Positions 35,130 through 43,495 of a DNA stretch of 64,000 nt are shown piece after piece. This DNA comes from a virus (Duplodnaviria; Caudoviricetes), in IMG/VR virus record IMGVR_UViG_3300037722_000745, positions 96,001 to 160,000 of that record. One strand, 5' to 3'. The position numbers were made by a program, and so were the translations under genes. The notes below the pieces were generated by a model, which worked only from the letters and a program-made list of their open reading frames with translations, ran no database searches and was not told the origin of the DNA. The stretch's first letter is position 1, and the number at the start of each line of letters is the position of its first letter.

Positions 35130-36551
35130 TCACACAAACCAAAGAATGGCCCTCCACAGTTCCTCCAGATGCGGAAAGACACAGAACGCGACACCGTAGG
35201 AGATGTTCTCCCAAACCTTTGTCCGTCCTCTCAGCTCGCGCTCATCTGGGATGTTGGGCTTCTCTGTGGGATACGCCGCAGCTTGCTGTTCCGGCCCGCG
35301 AGGGGCAAATTGAACCATCGCATGCCTGACTGGGTTTCCGACCGGAACTCGGTATCGGATGTCCTTCTCATCCAGATGCCCGATGTTGAAATGCTGCTGA
35401 AGAACCATCCCCCGGTTGCTCGGGAATCGCACCGATCCGATGGAGTACCGCATACCGTTGATCTTGACGAGAAAGTCCCGCTGACTCAGCAACGGCGTCG
35501 GTCCTGTCCACACCTCATAGACGTGCTCCAGCGTCCGCCCTGTGTCCTTCTGAGAGATGCGACGCTCCGCATCATCCGGAGCGATCAACGCGTCGTAGGG
35601 GCCCTCATAGCCGCCTAGAATAGATGTCCCGTAACAGTGCCGACAATCGTTGATCGGTTGTTGATGGTGCTCGTCCGATACACAAGGGCATGGAATGCCA
35701 ACCGCCTTGCGGATGAAGATCTTCACTCGCTCTCCCCCCTGCTCCAAAATGAAACGATTTCGTCGTACCCCCTCACGCCATATGTAATCGAGTTTCTCGA
35801 TTTCCATCGAGCTGGTGGCTACCGCCTCCTCTAGAGGGGTCTCTACAAGGTGCTCACATCGGACCTGACTCAGGTCGCAGTTGAGCGGGACTCCTACCGT
35901 CGTGACTCTATAGAAAACCCGTTGCCCCAAGTCGGTCTTGAGCAAGCTACGATTTCGACGGTAGGTGCACGTAACCACGCTGTCTGGGCCTGGCACCAGA
36001 GATGGATCGAGCTTCTGGGTTGCCACATTGGCGTAGAGGAAGGGGTTGATCTCAACCTCCCCCGAGAACCCATCCACCCGCAGAGGTACAACCGGAGTAC
36101 CATCGATCTTGACCACCACGTCATCCGGAGCGTTGGCTACGACCGCTTGAGAGCCCTCCTGCACAATAGGGCAGTGGAGAACTTTGAATACCCATCGTGG
36201 CGCGGACGCTCCTGATGCAGAACACTCGCCTCGGAGGATGAAGTTGTTGGACACGTCCTCGTCTATGATCAGCTCGTTGTCTGTGCGATCTCGCCAAAAG
36301 GTCGAACAGACAAGTAACTCACTGATCCGATTGAACGGGCCGAATTCCGAGTCGAAGGACCGGTAGATGTTGACACCCAACAGCTTGTAGCGGCTGTTGA
36401 GTGGAAGGACCGACGGATCGTCCCACCTAAGATCGAACACCCCAGGCTGGTACCCGCTGGCCAGAAACAGATTGAGGGGCGGTAGCGGCCATGGAGTCTT
36501 TGTGTACTCCAGGTCCGTGATGTTCCAATCCCGATTGCTCGCGTATGCCAC
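35130..36551 (-). CDS. Head-closure/neck protein
   Basis: 473 aa. CPC...CRHCYG motif followed by a stopper-like beta domain; neck gene position. Confidence 0.6.
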   Translation of the reverse strand: MAYASNRDWNITDLEYTKTPWPLPPLNLFLASGYQPGVFDLRWDDPSVLPLNSRYKLLGVNIYRSFDSEFGPFNRISELLVCSTFWRDRTDNELIIDEDVSNNFILRGECSASGASAPRWVFKVLHCPIVQEGSQAVVANAPDDVVVKIDGTPVVPLRVDGFSGEVEINPFLYANVATQKLDPSLVPGPDSVVTCTYRRNRSLLKTDLGQRVFYRVTTVGVPLNCDLSQVRCEHLVETPLEEAVATSSMEIEKLDYIWREGVRRNRFILEQGGERVKIFIRKAVGIPCPCVSDEHHQQPINDCRHCYGTSILGGYEGPYDALIAPDDAERRISQKDTGRTLEHVYEVWTGPTPLLSQRDFLVKINGMRYSIGSVRFPSNRGMVLQQHFNIGHLDEKDIRYRVPVGNPVRHAMVQFAPRGPEQQAAAYPTEKPNIPDERELRGRTKVWENISYGVAFCVFPHLEELWRAILWFV

Positions 36552-36596
36552 AGTGGGTCCCTTCTCTAAGGTCTACCCACCAAAGGAAAGTGCGCC

Positions 36597-36914
36597 TCAG
36601 CTCGCTGGCGATTCTTCTGAGATCTGAGGTGACTTCGGTGGCTGTAGAACCTCTAGTCTCCCGGTCTTGGAATCGATTGAAACTTGCGCGTCGGCAGCTA
36701 AGCCTCGCTCCAACAACACCTTCTCGAATAGCCGTTGCTGCTGCTGGTCGACCTGATGGGCCGCCGCCAACAGCTTCACGCGGCTTTGCTCCAATTCCAA
36801 AAGCCTCATCGCAATTCCGTAACGGGCTTCCTCTACCTGGTTGAACTCCTTGAGGACTTCCGGAGCGATGGGGTCTTCAGGGGTCAGTTTCTTGGGTTCT
36901 TTGTCATCGGCCAT
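36597..36914 (-). CDS. Small coiled-coil hypothetical protein
   Basis: 105 aa from MADDKEP; start placed to avoid overlap with the upstream gene. Confidence 0.6.
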   Translation of the reverse strand: MADDKEPKKLTPEDPIAPEVLKEFNQVEEARYGIAMRLLELEQSRVKLLAAAHQVDQQQQRLFEKVLLERGLAADAQVSIDSKTGRLEVLQPPKSPQISEESPAS

Positions 36915-36964
36915 AGGAGAGGGCCTACACCAATGGTTGTTGCAGCCAGTCTTCGAGACGGCTC

Positions 36965-37591
36965 TCACCCCCCAATGAATTTTCTGGGTGTTAACACCCC
37001 CCGACCGGTATACGGACCGAAGGCACTCCGGATCCCAATGCCGAACCGAGGTTGCTGAAGGCCCTTGACAACATTGATAGTCGCCTTGGCCTGCTCAAGC
37101 TGCTTGTCGAACTGGTCGCTGGAGAACTGGGCGGCGGCTTCGTATTTGCTGGACTTCTCTAGATCTAGCGAGACGCCGCCGATGGAGTAAGAATTGTGGG
37201 CCAAGATCCCATTAGCGAGAACAAAATTTTCCGGACCGGGGACACACAAATCGTATGTGAAATCCTCTGGAGCCGATTTTTCAACTGAAACTACCGGCAC
37301 CGACTCCACTGCGTTCCCATTGACAACCACGACAGAATCCCCCGGGCTCAATTGACCTGCTTCTATCGGTTCAATTCCAGGTCCGACACATTGGAACAAG
37401 GAATGATCTTGCGTGGTTTCCACGGACCTACCGTCCACCAGTTTGGTTACCACGATAGGTCTAGACCCGTGTCTAACAACATCCGACACACGACTTTGCT
37501 TCACCTCACTCGTAGAAGGGTCCACGGACAGAACGCGCAGCCCACCCGACCAAAAGGCTTTCCGAATTTCCTCTCGGGTCTCTGAGTCCAT
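36965..37591 (-). CDS. Split-intein C-part (133 aa) fused to the 75-aa C-extein of a neck protein
   Basis: GAAGGAG RBS. Block B (ETTQDHSLF), block F (TYDLCV) and block G (LAHN), followed by Ser+1 (SYSIGGVSL). Intein part 37193-37591. Confidence 0.9.
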   Translation of the reverse strand: MDSETREEIRKAFWSGGLRVLSVDPSTSEVKQSRVSDVVRHGSRPIVVTKLVDGRSVETTQDHSLFQCVGPGIEPIEAGQLSPGDSVVVVNGNAVESVPVVSVEKSAPEDFTYDLCVPGPENFVLANGILAHNSYSIGGVSLDLEKSSKYEAAAQFSSDQFDKQLEQAKATINVVKGLQQPRFGIGIRSAFGPYTGRGVLTPRKFIGG

Positions 37592-38561
37592 CCTTCACTC
37601 CTTCTAACCGTTGTATTTCTCGGCGCACGCGACTCAGACAGTCATGCCAATCCATGTTTATCTCGTGTTCTCGAAGCCGTAAGATGCTCCACCCCCTAGC
37701 CTCCAGATAAGTGGTTTTACGCGCATCGTACACAAGAATAGAGCCCACCCCCGCGTGCCCACACACCACGCAACCGTGCCAGTAACAACCATCCACTTCC
37801 ACTGCCAACTGTAGCCGTGGAAGAGCCTCATCGATCGAGTAGTATCCAACCTCATACTCCGTCACGAACTCATCTAGCCCGGACGAGATCAATTCAGCCT
37901 TAACATAGCGGTGAAGCTTCGAGAACCTTCGTTTGATGTGGCTTCGAGCGTGCTGAGCTAATAACAAAGACCGCTCTCTGTTCTCAGCGTGCCATTTCGC
38001 TACTGCCTCTCTCTGAGAACCTGACTCCCAGCGAGCCTTAGACTCTACGCCTCTAGCTCTCCGGTGCTCAGGATCCTGATTCAATTTCCGTAAAAAGTCC
38101 GCAGCCACCTCACGATAACCCAGTTCATGGTGCAGCCGCTTTGAAGCAGTGCTGATCTGTCGCCGCGTTAAAGTACCCTCAGCGGTCTGGAAACGGACTT
38201 TAAGGGTTTCCGATTGATGTGACCGTTGAGCTTCAGTCTTGGATCTACGTGAGATTGTCAGGGACGACGCTAAAGGAGCTTGCGGGTGAGCCTTCTGGTA
38301 CTTGCTTAATGTCAGACCAGAACAAGCACGGAGGTGTTTAAGAGTGATAGACGCTTGTCTTGCCCCACACTCACAGCAGACCACAAAATGCTCGCCTTCT
38401 TGAAGAAGTCTCACACTCGCTTCTGCTACCCCATACCCCTTACGAGCTAAGATACCCTTCTCTAGCAATGTCCGCAAATGTTTCGCATTGAAACCAAAAT
38501 CGAGCGAAAGCTGTCTCTTAGAAATCGCTCCCTTCTCCAACTTGTACCGAGCCATCTTCAT
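37506..38561 (-). mobile_element. Free-standing Vsr/DUF559-like homing endonuclease gene between split-intein halves
   Basis: 351 aa. N-terminal HTH/Zn-ribbon (CCECG...HLRAC); C-terminal EYEVGYYSIDE...VEVDGCYWHG...YDARKTTYLEARGWSILRLREHEI. Confidence 0.85.
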
Positions 38562-39342
38562 ACAGAAGATCGTACAAATCCTTTATAGGTAGAGTGATTC
38601 GTCGGTTACCCGGCAGCACAACAGTGACTTCCGTTCGGCCTGTAATACTGAATTCGTCAGCGATCCAATTGATTCGCAGGGCGTTGAGCGCGTGGATCAT
38701 CGCCCCGGTCAGCAAGAGGGTTCGCCACTCAGGCCGATACGACACCATCTGATCGATGCTCGAGAATGGGGTTCGAGGTGGAGATGCAGCGATCATGTCG
38801 AGCGCTCGCAAGAGGTACTCTTGCAGCTCCACGTCCTCCCAGATGTAGCCGAAGACCCGGCTGAACTGCTGGACTGTTTCCTCGTGGCTAGGTGGCCTGA
38901 AATGATAATTTCGGTCCGGATTCGAGTCTCGAAGGAGAATCCTAAGCCTACCCATCAAATTCAGCTCAGTCACGGAAGCACTCAGAGCACTGCCCGTGAT
39001 CATGCTCGCACTCGGAGTCGACAAACCCGCCTTGTCAATGACGGAGAACTCTTGCACCACCTGCTGAATCGATCCACCCACGACTTCCCTGAAGGTCCAT
39101 CGGATGCGGTAGTCTCCTAGGTTTGCATCCAGCGGAACCACGATAGAGGCGTAGTATTCCCCGACCGAAGGGTTGGCAGGCTCGCGCTCCGGAACACCGA
39201 TCAGGACTTCAGCCCCCGTGGTGAAGTCATAGAGGGCGTACGAGATCTCAGCCGCGTTAACCGGAGTGTTCGCAGCATTAACCAGAAAGATGTTGAGATC
39301 GTTCCGGCCGAGCTGTTGCCCTCTGTAGTAGGTGACGCTCAA
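38518..39342 (-). CDS. Neck/head-tail adaptor N-extein (231 aa) fused to a split-intein N-part (43 aa)
   Basis: After ...NWIADEF the ORF ends with block-A-like SITGRTEVTVV...IKDLYDLL (38518-38649). Joining the exteins gives DEF|SYSIGGVSL. Confidence 0.85.
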   Translation of the reverse strand: MSVTYYRGQQLGRNDLNIFLVNAANTPVNAAEISYALYDFTTGAEVLIGVPEREPANPSVGEYYASIVVPLDANLGDYRIRWTFREVVGGSIQQVVQEFSVIDKAGLSTPSASMITGSALSASVTELNLMGRLRILLRDSNPDRNYHFRPPSHEETVQQFSRVFGYIWEDVELQEYLLRALDMIAASPPRTPFSSIDQMVSYRPEWRTLLLTGAMIHALNALRINWIADEFSITGRTEVTVVLPGNRRITLPIKDLYDLLYEDGSVQVGEGSDF

Positions 39343-39344
39343 GC

Positions 39345-40697
39345 CTACCCCTCAAGGGCTGCCCGGAATGCCTCAGCCGCTGCATTGGCCTTGGCGACCA
39401 AAAAGACAGCGGCCTCCTTGCCACCCGGCGTGTAGCCCTTGTTTTTCATATACCACGACAATGCCCACGGGTTGTCGATCTCGTCCGGGTGCTTCTTCAT
39501 CTTCTTGACGGTGTCCTCCCACCCCGGAGGAGATACCGCCTGGTGATCATGGCCGCAACCGCCGGTGCACTCACCTCCACAGTTGGCGAGAATCTGACGG
39601 AAGGCTTCGGCAGCCTCGGAAGCGGTCTTGGCTGCTTTCGTCTTCGAACCCTCGGACGGATGTTCCATCGCCACCAACGCACGAAAAGACTCCGCAGCCT
39701 CATCGGCTTCCTTCCTGTGTTTGTCTCGCTCCCCCTCCGCTTGTTCTAGCTTCTTCTTCAACTCGGCGATGTTTTTCTCACTCTGCTTGATGTCGTGCTC
39801 GATCTCAGCACGTTCCTTGTCATCCTTAGCTGTCTCCAACGCCTTCTGGTCATCCTTGAGCATCTTTTCATAGCGACCCACATCGCTCTTCATACGCTCC
39901 ACTTTGTAACCACGCTCACGTTGAGGACGCTCCGGCTTCTTGTACTTGTTACTGACCTCGTGCTTCCGCGGGTCAGCACGTGGATGATCCTTGAGATACT
40001 CCCGCAGGGCCTGCGGGGACGGATGGTACATTTTGCCCAAGACTAGACGAAACGCGTCAGCTGCGTCATTCGATGCCATCCTGAGTGCGCGTTCGATGAC
40101 CCTCTTCTGGGCCGCAGGATCGAGCCCCTTCAAAACCTCGAAGCCCTTATCCCCTGACACATCCTTCTGTTTGACTGGCTTGCCGTCATCCGACTTTTCG
40201 TTCAACAGTGCTTTCTGGATGACATCCTCACGCTTAGCTGGGCTCAACTTCTTGAGCTTGTCCCGAACGTCGAGATCCAGGTCACTGTTGTCATCCTTTC
40301 CACTGTCGGCAGGCTTTCCCTTGGGCTTGCTGTCACCCTTCAGCTTGGACTCCAACTTCTCGATGTTCTTATTGCCCGCATCGATGTCCTTCTGGATCTC
40401 CTCTCGCTCTTTGTCGTCCTTAGCTCCCTCTAGAGCGGCTTCATCGTCCTTGAGAATCTTCCGCTGCCTCTGGAGATCCTTCTCGGCACGGCCCTTAGCA
40501 TACTCTTTCTCACGCTTCGGGCGAGCCCGATCCCTGTATTTAGTCGAAACCTGATGCTTGGACTTGTCCGCGTTCGGGTGCTCCTTGAGATACTTGCGGA
40601 GAGCCCCTGGACTGCTGTGGTAGGTGACCGCTATCACAGAACGAAATTCGTCGGCCGCTGCGTTGGCCTTTGCTATGACATTGCGAGACTTATCCAT
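39345..40697 (-). CDS. Highly charged repeat protein, probable internal head protein
   Basis: About 450 aa. Two long homologous domains (YHxSPxALRxYLKxHPxADxxKHxV...) and repeated AxxAAxxFR helices. Confidence 0.6.
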   Translation of the reverse strand: MDKSRNVIAKANAAADEFRSVIAVTYHSSPGALRKYLKEHPNADKSKHQVSTKYRDRARPKREKEYAKGRAEKDLQRQRKILKDDEAALEGAKDDKEREEIQKDIDAGNKNIEKLESKLKGDSKPKGKPADSGKDDNSDLDLDVRDKLKKLSPAKREDVIQKALLNEKSDDGKPVKQKDVSGDKGFEVLKGLDPAAQKRVIERALRMASNDAADAFRLVLGKMYHPSPQALREYLKDHPRADPRKHEVSNKYKKPERPQRERGYKVERMKSDVGRYEKMLKDDQKALETAKDDKERAEIEHDIKQSEKNIAELKKKLEQAEGERDKHRKEADEAAESFRALVAMEHPSEGSKTKAAKTASEAAEAFRQILANCGGECTGGCGHDHQAVSPPGWEDTVKKMKKHPDEIDNPWALSWYMKNKGYTPGGKEAAVFLVAKANAAAEAFRAALEG

Positions 40698-40699
40698 GC

Positions 40700-41455
40700 T
40701 CAATCCCATCCGAATTTACAATACCGTTCTAGTGTGTCTCCAGGGATCGGACACGAGACCGAATCCTGAACTTGGAAGTAGCAGTCGCTCTCCACTACAG
40801 GATCCCCATAGATTCTTTGGTGCTGCCAACGGACGGCCCACAAGCCTGGCTGCCCGCACTCGCCCGCAGTACCGGTCACGTAATAGCAGCCAACCCCCGC
40901 CGTGGCCGGCTTGCGGCCCGACGGTCCGATTTGCTTGAGAACGCAGCCCGGCTGCATCTGGTAGAGCGTGTAGGTGATGCAAACCGGACCAAATGGGTTA
41001 CCCCGACCATCGACCACCTTGAACATGAGGTCGCCTCGCGTGAAGACGTGACCCCAGCGGAAAGCTGTTGTAACGACTGGCTGCTGACAGATCGGCGGCG
41101 AGACATGGATGACTTCCATGTGCGCTGTCAAAATGCCCACCCCAACAATGGGATCCGGGACCGAAAAAGCGAACGCCCCCTGACCGCTTAGATAGCCACT
41201 GGCCCCTAGAATCACCTGTGCATCGGCTGAGATGCTACTCCCACCGGAAATAGCCCCCCCAGCGTCCAACAAAGTCTCATCGAGAAGAACTCCCGAACCG
41301 ACCAGATAACCCGAGGAATCAAGGATCTTCTCAGCATCAGCCGAGACGGCAGCGGACCCGACAAAAGATCCAGACAGAATCAGGTCGAGACCTGGACCAG
41401 CGCCTAAACCCCCCAGACCCGCTGCAACAACTCCGGCTGGCGCTACCCCAGACAT
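40700..41455 (-). CDS. Virion protein with a C-terminal Ig-like domain paralogous to the neck N-extein
   Basis: 251 aa. RGDLMF...ITYTLY...VGCYY...AVRW parallels RNDLNIF...ISYALY...VGEYY...RIRW in the 39342 ORF. Confidence 0.6.
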   Translation of the reverse strand: MSGVAPAGVVAAGLGGLGAGPGLDLILSGSFVGSAAVSADAEKILDSSGYLVGSGVLLDETLLDAGGAISGGSSISADAQVILGASGYLSGQGAFAFSVPDPIVGVGILTAHMEVIHVSPPICQQPVVTTAFRWGHVFTRGDLMFKVVDGRGNPFGPVCITYTLYQMQPGCVLKQIGPSGRKPATAGVGCYYVTGTAGECGQPGLWAVRWQHQRIYGDPVVESDCYFQVQDSVSCPIPGDTLERYCKFGWD

Positions 41456-43482
41456 CAGTCGTATTCAGAGTACCCCAGCAAGAGGTACCCAGTCCCATCC
41501 ACCGAAGCATACTCATAGGTGGTTTCGAAGACCGCATCTGGTGCCGCTGGTTGAGTCCCAGAAACAAGAACCGTTCTCCCAGCCGCCACAAAACTGACCA
41601 CATGACCCCCGGAACCGTCATTCACAAACAACACTCGACCACCGTACCCGTCCGCACCATTGGTCAGCGTGAGGGTGGTGTCCCCAGACAGACAGTCTAA
41701 CATCTGCCAATTGTTCCGCTCTCTGACATCCAGTGTCACACTGGACGAGTACGCAAAAGTACCACGCTTATGCTGCTCAGCGGCATACACGATCTCGGTT
41801 TCATTGGTCTCTAGTCTAGAGATCACACCACCGCTAGCGTGTGGTGCCTTCGATTCTGCAAAGCCTGCTTGGTTAGTGGCCAAGTCGGACCATGAAAAGG
41901 TCTCTTGGCTAAGATGGCAGTCTCCTTTGTCTCCAGTGAGATTGGGGTTACCGAACTCCAAACTAATGTGGCCACCAGAAGCCGCATTGAGCCCAAACCA
42001 CTCACTGTGGCCATGGGGACCGTAGTTGTTATTGAAAATCTTGATCGTACCTGGGAATAGAGCCCGGACAGCACTACCGGACGTGATGTAGCTGAACACT
42101 CCATTGCTCAGCACAACCTTCGGACCCGTCGTATACAACCGGCAGCGGTCGAACAGAAACGGAACCGTACAGAACCCAATCTCAAAAAAAGCGACCGTGG
42201 TTATACGGATCTGGACCTCAGCTTCTCCTCCATCCAATCCGCCAATCCTCCCTCCGATCAGCGTGCACTTGAATGGATCCAAGGCTGACGCAAAGATACC
42301 ATTCCCCGCGTGCAAGATACCGTAGAAGTTCACCCCTCCATCTAGTCTCATGTTCTGCTTGACATAGGTTCCCCATCCAAGCCAGGCGGAGTTGACGGAG
42401 CTACCACTCAACTCTTCACGGGCAAAGTAACCGCTTAATAGTGAGGTACCCTCGTAACCCAAACGGGCCTCATCATCTACGCGAACTCCATGCATAGTCA
42501 CGGTGCTCGCCGAGAAAGTCAGATAGGTGAAAGGGGTGTCCGCCGTAAAGCTAACGTTCGAAATAGCCACTCCAAGCGGCAATTCCTCATTCGGCTTCTG
42601 GAACACCTGATGATGCCCGGGTCCGAACCCAACGGTGAATGGGAAATTGGTCGCAGGACCACCGACGTCAATCTTGACCGCAGCCTTCACAATCCGGAAC
42701 GTGTCTCCAGCATCCAAGACAGCGGGAAACCAGTAGGCCGGCAGGACAACCAAATCGTCGGTAGACCAAGCCTGTTCGGCGTAATCAGACGACGCCTGAT
42801 AGAAAGTTTTCCCTCCATTGGATGTGCCACTAAGGACTTCGACTTTGGCTGCATCGATCTCCTGAACACTATCCGCGTCCTTAGCCCGCTCCCATGATCC
42901 CGTTCGAACGATGTGGATACCGCTCTCAGCTGCCGTGGTTTGGCCTGGGCATAGAACACGATCTCCATCGGAGAGGGCTACGCCATCAACCGTCTGCTCT
43001 CCACTCAGTGTCAAACTCTCCGTGGCAGCAGCGGCTACAGGCTTCTTTCTCTGGTAGCCTCGAATCGTCCGCCTAGCTGAGCTGTTGAGTGCGTTGGTAG
43101 TGCTTACGGCTTCGAGTGTGCAGTCTTGGTACTCGTCACTACCTACAGACTCTGTCAAGACGAGACGTTCCCGAGTTGAAGCTGCGGAAGCTGTCAAGCC
43201 TGTCGCAAGCTCCTCAAAGTCCTCCCCACGGAATACAAGAGTGCCCGTCGCCGTGAACCGGCTGCCATCAAATGGTAGCAAGGGGCGGAGGATCGTCCCA
43301 TCCCCTAACAGATGTACAACGCACTGACGAATACCGAAGTGCTGCTCTAGCTCTACCCGCAGCTTCTCTAGTCCTTCCTCCGGACCCCAAGGACTCGCCT
43401 CGCTACCGTCTCCGCTTTCGGATGACTCATTGGAGTCAATCCAAAACTCAAGATCCCCAGCACCAATCTTCAATGAACCCAT
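41455..43482 (-). CDS. Fibre/tailspike-like protein (paralog B)
   Basis: Contains LEFWID...G...PWG and the LSGEQTVDGVALSDGDRVL fibre motif. Start placed at MGSLKIG. Confidence 0.6.
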   Translation of the reverse strand: MGSLKIGAGDLEFWIDSNESSESGDGSEASPWGPEEGLEKLRVELEQHFGIRQCVVHLLGDGTILRPLLPFDGSRFTATGTLVFRGEDFEELATGLTASAASTRERLVLTESVGSDEYQDCTLEAVSTTNALNSSARRTIRGYQRKKPVAAAATESLTLSGEQTVDGVALSDGDRVLCPGQTTAAESGIHIVRTGSWERAKDADSVQEIDAAKVEVLSGTSNGGKTFYQASSDYAEQAWSTDDLVVLPAYWFPAVLDAGDTFRIVKAAVKIDVGGPATNFPFTVGFGPGHHQVFQKPNEELPLGVAISNVSFTADTPFTYLTFSASTVTMHGVRVDDEARLGYEGTSLLSGYFAREELSGSSVNSAWLGWGTYVKQNMRLDGGVNFYGILHAGNGIFASALDPFKCTLIGGRIGGLDGGEAEVQIRITTVAFFEIGFCTVPFLFDRCRLYTTGPKVVLSNGVFSYITSGSAVRALFPGTIKIFNNNYGPHGHSEWFGLNAASGGHISLEFGNPNLTGDKGDCHLSQETFSWSDLATNQAGFAESKAPHASGGVISRLETNETEIVYAAEQHKRGTFAYSSSVTLDVRERNNWQMLDCLSGDTTLTLTNGADGYGGRVLFVNDGSGGHVVSFVAAGRTVLVSGTQPAAPDAVFETTYEYASVDGTGYLLLGYSEYD

Positions 43483-43495
43483 GGCTTGTCCCTTC

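Noticed and set aside
37506-38561. Group I intron explanation for the interrupted neck gene
   Set aside because: Both flanks encode clear intein blocks in separate ORFs, the downstream one with its own RBS, and the endonuclease ORF fills the whole gap, leaving no room for a ribozyme core.
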